From Candidatus Aminicenantales bacterium (lineage in GTDB: Bacteria > Acidobacteriota > Aminicenantia > Aminicenantales > Saccharicenantaceae), in NCBI GenBank assembly GCA_049512315.1, contig JBEKXF010000005.1:62001-126000 (forward strand): 64,000 bases of DNA. Direction: 5' to 3'. The position numbers were made by a program, and so were the translations under genes. Below, piece after piece: positions 46,016 to 55,291 of this stretch (positions are counted from its first letter, which is position 1; every line of letters starts with the position of its first letter). The notes beneath the pieces are model-generated. The model worked only from the letters and a program-made list of their open reading frames with translations, searched no databases and was not told the DNA's origin.

Positions 46016-47503
46016 ATGAAGATCATCAAAACCGTCGCCATCCTGGTCACGTTCCTCGTCGTGGCCTGGACGCTGGCCGCCCAGACCCAGGAATCCCAGA
46101 GCATGAAGCTTCTCCGGTTGAAAAGCGCCCAGCTCTCGCTCGAGCTGAAAAAGGCCGATTTCCAAAGATACCTGAAATTGAAAGAGGAAGGCCTGGCCTC
46201 CGAGGCGGACTTCGCCGAGAGGCAGACCGCCTATCTCCAGGCCCAGGTCGATTACCAGCAGGCCCTGATCAACTTCATGGGCAGCGAGGCCCGGATCTCG
46301 GTCGCGAGCGCCGTCAAGTTCCAGGACCGGAGCGGCAAGAAGTTCGTCCGCGTCTCTCTGCGCTATTCGTCCAAGGAGCTCAAGGAGCTGGCCAATCTCA
46401 AGATCAGCGCCGAGGACCTCTTTCCCCTGGACTTCATGAAGGAGATCAAGGATGTCTATGTCTCCCTCCTCTCGGAGGGGAAGATCATCTCCGACCCGTA
46501 CGAAAAGGTCGTCAAGTCCCTGCCCATAGAGTCGGAGAGGGAGGTGACCTTCCAGCTCCTCAAGGACGTCGAGAACCTGGAGGTCAGCGTTGGCTATTCC
46601 GGGAAGGAGGAAAAGACCTCGGTCTTCCTCCAGAAGGGGGTCAGCGCCAACATCGTGACGGTCAACTCGGCCCAGTTCTCGCAGGAGGCCGACCTCGAGG
46701 GCACGGCGACATACGACCTGTCGCTCGAGAAGTTCAGCGGCGAGGCCAACATCTTCAAGCTCGAGGTCGCCAACCTGCCCCAGCAGATCACCTATGAGTT
46801 CTCCGACCCGACGACCTCGGCCCGGCTCTCCCAGATCAAGTTCAGCGAGGGCGTCACGAGCCTCAAGCTCCAGCTCAAACTCTATCTCCCCAAGAACCCG
46901 GACACCCAGGTCGTCCTGGACAAGCCGATGGAGTTCTTTGTCCTGGCCATGGACAACGACCAGACGGCGAAGCTCCGGGAAATCGAGAAGGCCAACCCGG
47001 GCGTCGTGATCGAGCCCAAGGACATCGACGTCCTGAAGGCGGGGTCCGTCAAGCTCGAGCTCATCCCGCGCGGCGTGCCCAAGGTCGAGGTCCAGGCCGT
47101 GAACCTCTACCACGAGATCAAAGTCGGGGAGATCGTCGGCATGGACGTCACGGTCAAGAACACGGGAACTCGCAAGCTCAACAATATCAGGGTCTTCTGC
47201 GACCTGCCCCTGAATTGGCGGGTGGAGATCAAGCCCGACCTGATCGCGACGCTCGAACAGAACAAGGACGAGGTCGTCACCATCAAGTTCATCCCGCCGA
47301 CGGACGTCTCGGTCGGCGACTACGAGCCCAAGATCCGCACGGATTCGGCGGCCGAGAACCGGCGGGTCGAGTCCGAGGACAAGATCGTCCGCATCCACAT
47401 CACCTCGAAGACGAACGTCCTGGGGATCACGGTCCTGATCCTGCTCCTCGTGGGGCTCCTCGTCGGGATCGTCGTCTTCGGGATCAAGCTGACGAGGAGA
47501 TAG
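46016..47503 (+). CDS. Exported NEW3/Ig-like domain protein with an N-terminal MFP-like alpha-hairpin and a C-terminal TM anchor
   Basis: Signal peptide; helical R51-x3-L55-x6-S62 segment; VKNTG...LP.NW....P...GDY (NEW3-like); terminal TM plus KLTRR. Confidence 0.75.
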   Translation: MKIIKTVAILVTFLVVAWTLAAQTQESQSMKLLRLKSAQLSLELKKADFQRYLKLKEEGLASEADFAERQTAYLQAQVDYQQALINFMGSEARISVASAVKFQDRSGKKFVRVSLRYSSKELKELANLKISAEDLFPLDFMKEIKDVYVSLLSEGKIISDPYEKVVKSLPIESEREVTFQLLKDVENLEVSVGYSGKEEKTSVFLQKGVSANIVTVNSAQFSQEADLEGTATYDLSLEKFSGEANIFKLEVANLPQQITYEFSDPTTSARLSQIKFSEGVTSLKLQLKLYLPKNPDTQVVLDKPMEFFVLAMDNDQTAKLREIEKANPGVVIEPKDIDVLKAGSVKLELIPRGVPKVEVQAVNLYHEIKVGEIVGMDVTVKNTGTRKLNNIRVFCDLPLNWRVEIKPDLIATLEQNKDEVVTIKFIPPTDVSVGDYEPKIRTDSAAENRRVESEDKIVRIHITSKTNVLGITVLILLLVGLLVGIVVFGIKLTRR

Positions 47504-47512
47504 GAAGCGCAG

Positions 47513-48898
47513 ATGTTTGGCACGATCTTTAAGAAAGAGCTCCTGGACCAGATCCTTAGCCCCAAGTTCCTGATCGTCTCGCTCCTCTGCCTGGTCCTCA
47601 TTCCGGCCGGCCTTCTCCTGAATTACTCGAGCTATCAGAACGTCTTCCACGAATATGACGCCTCTCAGAAGGAGGCCAAGAATTCCACGACCATCTACCG
47701 GGAGCCGAGTGTCCTCGGCACTTTCGGCATCGGCCTCGAGAGCGTTCTCCCCGAGAAAGTCACCTTCGTCAAGTACGAGACGGACGCCAAGGGCCTCCAG
47801 GCTCAGAACGAGGTCCTGAGCCAGATCAACGGAAAGCTCGACTTCGTCGTCATCACGAGCTTTCTCCTCGGCCTTTTCGCTATCCTCTACGCTGGGACGA
47901 TGGCGAGCGGAGAAAAGGAGGCCGGGACCCTCAAGCTCGTCCTTTCGAATCCGGTTAAACGCAGCACGGTCATCGCCGCCAAGTTCCTGGGCGGTTTCAG
48001 CGTCCTCATGATCCCCTTCGCGGTCAGCACGCTTCTCGGCGGGTTGCTTCTTCTTTTCGAGGGGTTCCCGCTTTTCGCCGACGGCAACACGAGTCGGGTC
48101 CTGGCCTTGATCGTCCTCTCGATCCTCTATCTCGCGGCCCTCTTCTCCCTGGGCCTGCTCATCTCGACACTGACGCACCGGACGAGCATCGCGCTTCTCG
48201 CGGGTTTCTTCGTCTGGATCTTCCTGACGTTCGTCATCCCGAAAACGAGCGAGCCGTTGGCCGGCCTTATCCACCGGATACCGAGCGAAGAGGCCATGAA
48301 GGCCAACCGGGCCCAGGTCCGCAACCAGATCGAGAAGGAGAAGGGCAAGGCCCTGGCCCCCTTGATGGCGAAATATCTCCCCAACGACGGGCAGGGGAAA
48401 TGGGAATGGAACACCTACACCAAGGTCCGCGGGCCGGTGGCCAAAGAGTACGAAGAGCGGCTCGACCAGACCCTCCAGAAGTTTGACGCGGATTACGAGC
48501 GCCAGAAGGCCGCCCAACGGGCCCTCAGCCTCAACATCGCCCGCCTCTCGCCGGCCTCCGCCTATACCCAGGCGTCGCTGAACTTCTGCCATACGGGGAT
48601 CGCCGACCTCGAGAATTTCTCACGCAGCCTCCAGGCTCATTACATCCAACTCTATCAGGCCGTCTTCAAATACTCGTTCCAAGACACGTTCTCCTCTGAG
48701 GACGGAAGAACCAACCGATCAATGGGAGGAGATTCGAGCCCGGAGGGCAAGATCGACTACCCGAAATTCCGCTACCAGTTCCCGGCGTTCGAGGAAACGT
48801 TCAAGGACACAGCGCCCGACATCGTCTTGCTCGTCCTCTTCAACCTGATTTTTTTCGCCGCGGCCTATTATTCGTTCATCAGGTATGACGTGCGCTAA
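47513..48898 (+). CDS. ABC-2-type permease, paralog 1
   Basis: I.KKE N-terminus, GEKEAGTLKLVLSN, large extracytoplasmic loops, ends YDVR. Confidence 0.9.
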   Translation: MFGTIFKKELLDQILSPKFLIVSLLCLVLIPAGLLLNYSSYQNVFHEYDASQKEAKNSTTIYREPSVLGTFGIGLESVLPEKVTFVKYETDAKGLQAQNEVLSQINGKLDFVVITSFLLGLFAILYAGTMASGEKEAGTLKLVLSNPVKRSTVIAAKFLGGFSVLMIPFAVSTLLGGLLLLFEGFPLFADGNTSRVLALIVLSILYLAALFSLGLLISTLTHRTSIALLAGFFVWIFLTFVIPKTSEPLAGLIHRIPSEEAMKANRAQVRNQIEKEKGKALAPLMAKYLPNDGQGKWEWNTYTKVRGPVAKEYEERLDQTLQKFDADYERQKAAQRALSLNIARLSPASAYTQASLNFCHTGIADLENFSRSLQAHYIQLYQAVFKYSFQDTFSSEDGRTNRSMGGDSSPEGKIDYPKFRYQFPAFEETFKDTAPDIVLLVLFNLIFFAAAYYSFIRYDVR

Positions 48899-48906
48899 GA
48901 GCATGA

Positions 48907-48931
48907 ATGTACATACACCTGTACATATAAT
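48907..48931 (+). promoter_or_regulatory. Palindromic operator abutting a TATAAT -10 element (internal promoter)
   Basis: ATGTACA-TACACC-TGTACAT, then TATAAT (48926-48931). Confidence 0.55.
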
Positions 48932-49005
48932 AGGAAACACGAGAGGTACGGATCCATCCGAGTTCTCAGGTAAGAAAACCTGCCATTCCATAAAGAGGAG
49001 GTAAT

Positions 49006-49749
49006 ATGGCAAAACAGCAACCCATCTTGAAGGCTGACGACCTGTCAAAACGGTACGAGGACGGCGTCCTTGCGGTAGATCACCTGAACCTGAATATCTA
49101 CCCGGGTGAAGTCTACTGCCTGCTCGGGGCCAACGGCGCGGGGAAGACGACGACGATCAACCTTTTCCTGAACTTCATCCCGCCGACGACCGGGACCTGC
49201 TACGTCAACGGTATCGACGTCACCAAGGACCCGCTCGAGGCCAAGAAGTACGTCTCCTTCGTCTCGGAGAACGTCATGCTCTACGGCAACTTCACGGCCC
49301 GCCAGAACCTCGACTTCTTCGCCAAACTCGGCGGCAAGACGAACCTGGCCAAGAACGACTACTATCAGGTCATGCGCCGGGTCTCGCTCCAGGAGAAAGC
49401 CTTCGAACAGCGGGTCAAGAACTTCTCTAAAGGCATGCGGCAGAAGCTCGGCATCTCGATCGCCGTCATCAAGGACGCGCCGGGCATCCTGCTCGACGAG
49501 CCGACCTCGGGCCTCGACCCGAAGGCGGCCGAGGAGTTCCTGGAAATCTTGAACGAGCTCAAGAAAGAGGGCAAGGCCATCCTGATGTCCACTCACGATA
49601 TCTTCCGGGCCAAGGAGATCGGCGACCGCGTCGGGATCATGAAGGAAGGGCGGCTGGTCATGGAGCGGACCCGCGAGGAGCTCCAGTATGAGGACCTGGT
49701 CAAAATCTACATCGACTACATGAAGTCCGAGCCCCTGACGTTGTCCTGA
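49006..49749 (+). CDS. ABC transporter ATP-binding protein
   Basis: GANGAGKT, FSKGMRQK, LLDEPT, STH. Confidence 0.96.
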   Translation: MAKQQPILKADDLSKRYEDGVLAVDHLNLNIYPGEVYCLLGANGAGKTTTINLFLNFIPPTTGTCYVNGIDVTKDPLEAKKYVSFVSENVMLYGNFTARQNLDFFAKLGGKTNLAKNDYYQVMRRVSLQEKAFEQRVKNFSKGMRQKLGISIAVIKDAPGILLDEPTSGLDPKAAEEFLEILNELKKEGKAILMSTHDIFRAKEIGDRVGIMKEGRLVMERTREELQYEDLVKIYIDYMKSEPLTLS

Positions 49750-49811
49750 CGGACCGGCGTCGCCGACGCCCCTGTGCGCCTGCGCGCCACCGGTTCCAGG
49801 AGACAAACGCT

Positions 49812-51254
49812 ATGTTGAAAACGATCATCAAGAAAGAGGTGCTGGAGACGATCTTCAGCTACCGGTTTCCGCTCTTCGCCATCATCTGCCTCCTCCTCAT
49901 CCCGCTCGGGATGACCGTTAACCAGGCCAGCTACGCTAAAAGAGTCCGGGACTACAGCGAGCAGGTCCGGCTGGCCGACGAGGCGGCCGCGGCCATCAAA
50001 ATTCAGGACGTCATGGCCGGAACCGTGGCCGTCAAGGGCTTCCGGCGGCCGGCGCCCCTCTCAGTCTTCACCCAGGGGTTCGAGAGCACGCTCCCCCGCT
50101 ATTACGAATTCACCCAGGACGGCTTCAAGCCGGGGGAATCGGCGAGCGACGACGAATCGATCCTTTCGGTCCAGGGCAAGGTCGATTTCGTCTTCCTCGT
50201 CCAGATGGTCATCAGCCTGATCGCCCTGCTCTTCGCCTCGGACATGGTTTCGGGCGAGAAGGAGGCGGGGACGCTGCGGGCCATGCTCGCCAACAGCCTG
50301 CCGCGCGACACGCTCCTGGCCGGGAAGATCGGCGGCGGCTATCTGGCGCTGTGGGTCCCGTTCCTCGTCGCCTTCCTGCTGGGCACGGTCGTCCTCATGC
50401 TGGCCGCGTTGCCTCTCTTCGGCGGCGACGCGACGGCGCGCGTCCTGATCATCTTTCTCGCGACGTCCCTCTTCATCCTGACCTACTTCACGATCGGGAT
50501 CGCGGTCTCGACGAGCGCGGCCAAGGCCCGGACCTCCCTCGTGGCCATCTTCATCGTCTGGGTGGCCTTCCAACTGATCATTCCCAAGCTCGGCGACATG
50601 GTCGCCCGCCTCGTCTATCCCGTCCGGACCGAAACCGCGGTCTCGCTCCAGAAATCCCTCCTCGTCCGGTCGCTCGACATCGAGACGGCCAAGGAGCTCG
50701 GCCGCCAGTTCGACCTCATTTTCGGTGCCGCGCCGAAGGGCGCCGTGGACGACGAAAAATCACCCGAGAGGAAAAAATGGGACCCGATCAGAGACGATAT
50801 CCAGCTCCGGACCCGGGAGAGGAAGGGCCAGCAACTCGCGGCTATCGACGAAACCTACATCCAGGAGAGGCGGCGGCAAACGAACCTGGCCGTCAACCTT
50901 TCGCTCGTTTCGCCGAGTGCCGCCTTCGCCCGGTTCGTCGCGGACGTCTGCGGGACGGGAGAGCTTGAGCGGGCCAAGTACATCGAGGCGGTCCGGTCCC
51001 ATCAGAAGGCCCTCGACAACGAGCTCTTCAGCAAGGTCAAACGGACGCTTATGATGCACGAGGGTGGGGGCATGTCGATGTCGTTCTCGGCCATGCCCGT
51101 GGACGCGTCAAAGCTCCCAAAATTCTCGATCGTTCCGGCCTCGATCGCGGAGACGTTCAAGGCAAACGTGCGGAGCCTCCTCTCGCTCCTCTTCTGGCTC
51201 ATCGCCCCCTTCGCCTACGCGTACGTCCGGTTCATCAAATACGACGTGAGGTGA
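49812..51254 (+). CDS. ABC-2-type permease, paralog 2
   Basis: GEKEAGTLRAMLAN; ends YDVR. Confidence 0.9.
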   Translation: MLKTIIKKEVLETIFSYRFPLFAIICLLLIPLGMTVNQASYAKRVRDYSEQVRLADEAAAAIKIQDVMAGTVAVKGFRRPAPLSVFTQGFESTLPRYYEFTQDGFKPGESASDDESILSVQGKVDFVFLVQMVISLIALLFASDMVSGEKEAGTLRAMLANSLPRDTLLAGKIGGGYLALWVPFLVAFLLGTVVLMLAALPLFGGDATARVLIIFLATSLFILTYFTIGIAVSTSAAKARTSLVAIFIVWVAFQLIIPKLGDMVARLVYPVRTETAVSLQKSLLVRSLDIETAKELGRQFDLIFGAAPKGAVDDEKSPERKKWDPIRDDIQLRTRERKGQQLAAIDETYIQERRRQTNLAVNLSLVSPSAAFARFVADVCGTGELERAKYIEAVRSHQKALDNELFSKVKRTLMMHEGGGMSMSFSAMPVDASKLPKFSIVPASIAETFKANVRSLLSLLFWLIAPFAYAYVRFIKYDVR

Positions 51255-51282
51255 CATCGAGTTTCGCGGATGTGAGGATCAG

Positions 51283-52617
51283 ATGTTGAAAACGATCATC
51301 AAGCGGGAAATCCTCGAATACCTGAAATCCGCCAAGTTCCTCATCGGCCTCGGCATCACCCTGGCCCTGGCGGCCGGCAGCACGGTCATCAACGTCCAGG
51401 ATTACAAGGGGCGCCTGCAGGATTACCAGGCCGCCGTGCAGGAACTGAAGAGCGACCGCTTCTACATCCATCTTTACCGGCCACCCCAGGTCCTCAGCAC
51501 CCTCATTCAAGGGAAGGACCGGTCCCTCGGTAACAGTATTACCATCACATATATGGGTATCCCGCCTCGCACGTCGGGCTACATGGGCGAGGGAAGAAGC
51601 CAGCATCAACGACTTGTTTCGGGGTTCGCGGCCATCGATTTCGCTTTCATCGTCCGGGTCGTGCTGAGCCTGATGGTTATTTTTATCGCCTACAACGCCG
51701 TATCCGAGGAGAAAGCCTCGGGGACCCTGAAGCTGACCCTCTCGAACCGGGTGCCGAGGGACCAACTCCTGCTCGGCAAGTTCCTGGGCGGGTGGTTCGT
51801 CATCATGGGCTCGCTCGCCGTCTCCGCCCTCGTCTCCCTGATCATCGTGCTGTCCCATTCATTCGTCTCCTTCGCCTCCGGGGAATGGACCCGCCTCCTC
51901 GTCTTCATCGGCCTTTCGGCCCTCTACCTCACGGTTTTCTACGGGCTGAGTCTTTTCGTGTCGGTTCTCGTCGACAGGCCCTCCATTTCCCTGATGATCT
52001 TGCTCCAGGCGTGGGTCTTCCTGATCATCATCTATCCCAACCTGGGTATCATCGCCGCCGACAGCCTTTACAAGCTGCCGAGCGAGGAACAACTCATAAA
52101 ACAACATGCTGCGGCTTTCCAACCCTACGCAGCGGAATATAAAAAGGTCATGGAGGCCTTTAGCCAGAGCGTGCGCAAAGGCGAGATGAACAAGGAGCTC
52201 GGCCTGCGCAGCGTGGAGCTCGACGCTTTGAACGCCGAGTTGATCCACCAGGCTGACGAAGAGTTGAGCCGTAAACTCACGGCGCAGACCAACTTGGCCC
52301 GGGCGATCTCGAGCCTTTCGCCTGCGGTATTGTTCGACCAGGCCGCCGAGCGGTATGCCCGGACAGGGATGGCCGAGTACGAGCGCTTCATGCGGGAGGT
52401 CTATCGCTGCTGGCAGCAGGATGTCGAAAGGTCCAAACTCATCTACACCGACCGCGAGGCCTATAAAAAGGCGCCGCCCATCGATTTCCGCCTTCCCGTT
52501 GAGTCGACGGCCGAGGCCTTTGCCGCGACCTGGCTCCAGTGGCTCCTCCTCGCCTTCTTCGGCCTAGCCTTTTTCGCCCTGGCGTATACGGCCTTCCTGA
52601 AGAAGGACGTGAGGTGA
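51283..52617 (+). CDS. ABC-2-type permease, paralog 3
   Basis: EEKASGTLKLTLSN; ends KDVR. Confidence 0.9.
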   Translation: MLKTIIKREILEYLKSAKFLIGLGITLALAAGSTVINVQDYKGRLQDYQAAVQELKSDRFYIHLYRPPQVLSTLIQGKDRSLGNSITITYMGIPPRTSGYMGEGRSQHQRLVSGFAAIDFAFIVRVVLSLMVIFIAYNAVSEEKASGTLKLTLSNRVPRDQLLLGKFLGGWFVIMGSLAVSALVSLIIVLSHSFVSFASGEWTRLLVFIGLSALYLTVFYGLSLFVSVLVDRPSISLMILLQAWVFLIIIYPNLGIIAADSLYKLPSEEQLIKQHAAAFQPYAAEYKKVMEAFSQSVRKGEMNKELGLRSVELDALNAELIHQADEELSRKLTAQTNLARAISSLSPAVLFDQAAERYARTGMAEYERFMREVYRCWQQDVERSKLIYTDREAYKKAPPIDFRLPVESTAEAFAATWLQWLLLAFFGLAFFALAYTAFLKKDVR

Positions 52618-52621
52618 CATC

Positions 52622-54022
52622 ATGAGGACGATCATCCGCAAGGAGCTCCTGGATCACCTGAGAAGCGTTCAGTTCGCAGTCCTGCTCGCGGCGAGTCTCG
52701 TCCTGTTCGCGGTGAACGGGCTCGTCTTCGTCCGGCAATATCGCCAGCTCAATTCCGATTTCCGGCTCCATGTCGCGGAGGTAGAGCAACACCCGAGCAC
52801 GACGATGACATCCCTCTTCAAATCACCGAGCCCGCTGCTGTTCGTGGCGGAGGGGGGAGAAAAAAACAGCCCGTCCAGTTATTACTTGAGCCCGAAACAG
52901 ACTATCTCGGCCATGTCATCCGGCCCGCGCAACTTCAAAATGCCGGAGGTCCCTGATCTCGACTGGGCTTTCATCATCAAGATCGTCTTTAGCCTGTACG
53001 TGATCCTTCTCGGGTTCGAGGCCGTGTCCGGCGAAAAGGAGCGGGGCACGCTCCGTCTGATCCTTTCCAACCCGGTCGGCCGGCTGAGGCTCCTGACAGG
53101 GAAATACCTGGCCATCATTTTGAGCGCCGCCATCGCCCTGCTCGTCGGACTCCTCATCAGCCTCGTCGTGATCGCCGTCTTCCTTCCGGCGGTCTTGAGC
53201 CTGCCCAACTTGACGCGCATCGCCTTCCTTTTCGTCCTCGCCCTGGCCTACCTCTCCCTCTTCGCGTTCCTGGGCCTCTTTTTCTCCGCGCTCATCCTCC
53301 GTTCCTCACTCGTCCTCCTCGTCCTCTTGGCCTTTTGGATTTTCTTCGCGTTCTTCATCCCAGACACGTCGGGCATTATCGCCCAAAAATTCTCGAACGT
53401 TCCGAGCGAATACGAGATGGCCAAGCTCGTGGGGCCGACCATCCAGAAAGAAGTCTGGGACAGAATAAGTAAGCTTCAGAACAGAATCCAAAAAGGCGAA
53501 TTGAAGACGGAAAAAGACGTCCGTGAAGAGGCTGACCTTGCCTACGAGGAAGGCCAGGACCATGTCCGGAAGCTCTATACCGATTATGACCATGCCATGC
53601 AGCAGAGGGCCGATTTGGCCCAGAAGATATCGCGTGCTTCGCCGGTGGCCCTGCTCCAATATTCTGCCGAGGACATCGCGGGAACCGGGCCTGCGGCCGA
53701 CGCTAGGTTCCTCCAGGACGCTCGGAACTATTCCAGGGCATACGATGATTACATCCTGAAAAAAGTTGGGAAAGTCGTCGGGACATCTCCCTGGAGCTTT
53801 TCGACTAGCGCGACCCTGAACGGCAAGCATATCTTCCTCGAATCTCCCGCCCCGCTGGAATACGAAGGAGACAAGTCCGATTTCCCCAGGTTTTCCGAGA
53901 CCAAGGCGACGCTCCTCGACGGCCTGGGGAGCGGTCTGTGGGACATCGCCGGCCTGCTCGTCTGGAACATCCTGCTGGCCGGGCTGGCGTTCTCGGCGTT
54001 CCTGAGGACGGACGTGAGGTAA
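52622..54022 (+). CDS. ABC-2-type permease, paralog 4
   Basis: GEKERGTLRLILSN; ends TDVR. Confidence 0.9.
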   Translation: MRTIIRKELLDHLRSVQFAVLLAASLVLFAVNGLVFVRQYRQLNSDFRLHVAEVEQHPSTTMTSLFKSPSPLLFVAEGGEKNSPSSYYLSPKQTISAMSSGPRNFKMPEVPDLDWAFIIKIVFSLYVILLGFEAVSGEKERGTLRLILSNPVGRLRLLTGKYLAIILSAAIALLVGLLISLVVIAVFLPAVLSLPNLTRIAFLFVLALAYLSLFAFLGLFFSALILRSSLVLLVLLAFWIFFAFFIPDTSGIIAQKFSNVPSEYEMAKLVGPTIQKEVWDRISKLQNRIQKGELKTEKDVREEADLAYEEGQDHVRKLYTDYDHAMQQRADLAQKISRASPVALLQYSAEDIAGTGPAADARFLQDARNYSRAYDDYILKKVGKVVGTSPWSFSTSATLNGKHIFLESPAPLEYEGDKSDFPRFSETKATLLDGLGSGLWDIAGLLVWNILLAGLAFSAFLRTDVR

Positions 54023-54039
54023 GCGAGCAGGGGGACATC

Positions 54040-55287
54040 ATGACCTGGACCATCGCCCGGAAAGAGATCCTTTCGAACCTCCTGAGCTATAAATTTTTCA
54101 TCGTCCTTCTCCTCATCGTCCTGCTCATCGCCACCAGCCTCTTCATCATGCACCGGGACTACAGGCAGAGGATGGCCGACTACCAGGTCATCCGGCCCAA
54201 ACCCGGCGAACGGATCGCGCTCGTCGCGCCCAACCCCCTGTCCATCTTCGCCAAAGGGCTCGACGACGCCATTACCCGCTCCTTCGAGATCAGCCCCGTC
54301 GGCATCGAGGTCCGGGCCGGCCAGTCCTCGGGCAACATCATCTACTCTTTTTTCCCGGCGCCCGACTTTCTCTATGTCGTCCGGGTCGTCCTGTCGCTCG
54401 TCGCCCTCCTTTTCGGCTTCGACCAGGTCAGCCGGGAACGCGAGCAGGGGACGCTGAAGCTCCTCCTGGGGAGTTCCATCTCCCGGGCCAGGGTCCTCGC
54501 CGGCAAGTGGATCGGGAACTTCCTGAGCCTGGCCGTCCCCTTCCTCCTGGTGACGCTCCTCGGCACCATGGTTCTTTTCCTCGACCCGGAGGGCCGTCTC
54601 TCTACGGGCCAGTTCGCGCGGTTGGCGCTCATCCTGGCCCTTTCTCTTCTCTACCTGGGCTTTTTCCTGAGTCTTGGTATGCTTGTCTCGGCCCTGACCC
54701 GGCGCGCGGCGACCTCGATCATCGTCCTCCTCTTCATCTGGGCCCTTTTCGTTTTCATCATCCCCAACCTGGGCACGCTGTTGGCGCGCCAGTTCGTCAG
54801 GGTCCCGTCGGTCCGGGCCCTGAGCGAAAAGCGGCAGCAGACCTGGACGCGGGAGGTCCTCCTCAGCATCAAGGACCAGAGCTGGCAGACCCATTTGCGA
54901 ACGATCAGCGACGAAAACGACAAACTGGCGCAGGACTACCGCTTGAAGTTCGAGCGCCTCGTGCGTCTTTCCCGGGACATCAACCGCGTCTCCCCGTCGG
55001 CGAGCTTCCTCGACGCCGCGAGCGAGATCGCCGGCACGGGGATCGGCGAGGAGAGCCGTCTCAAGGAGGAGATCGTCCGTTATAAGGACTCGATCATCGA
55101 CCAGATCATCGCCAACGAGAGCTCCGGGGAGCGGGACGCGCAGTATGCCGCGTTCACGTACAGGCCGAGGCCGCTCGCCGAGGTCTTCTCCGCTGGGGCT
55201 CTCTTCGATACGGTCTGGCTCGTTTTCTTCAACATCCTCTCATTCGCCCTGGCCTATGTCGCGTTCGTCCATTACGACGTGAGGTAA
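54040..55287 (+). CDS. ABC-2-type permease, paralog 5
   Basis: Start set at MTWTIARKE; REREQGTLKLLL; ends YDVR. Confidence 0.9.
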   Translation: MTWTIARKEILSNLLSYKFFIVLLLIVLLIATSLFIMHRDYRQRMADYQVIRPKPGERIALVAPNPLSIFAKGLDDAITRSFEISPVGIEVRAGQSSGNIIYSFFPAPDFLYVVRVVLSLVALLFGFDQVSREREQGTLKLLLGSSISRARVLAGKWIGNFLSLAVPFLLVTLLGTMVLFLDPEGRLSTGQFARLALILALSLLYLGFFLSLGMLVSALTRRAATSIIVLLFIWALFVFIIPNLGTLLARQFVRVPSVRALSEKRQQTWTREVLLSIKDQSWQTHLRTISDENDKLAQDYRLKFERLVRLSRDINRVSPSASFLDAASEIAGTGIGEESRLKEEIVRYKDSIIDQIIANESSGERDAQYAAFTYRPRPLAEVFSAGALFDTVWLVFFNILSFALAYVAFVHYDVR

Positions 55288-55291
55288 AGCC

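Noticed and set aside
48903..49004. 33-aa ORF (MNVHTPVH...) as a peptide substrate for the ABC array
   Set aside because: No SD, AT-rich, no leader or core features; it overlaps the operator, the -10 and the ATPase RBS
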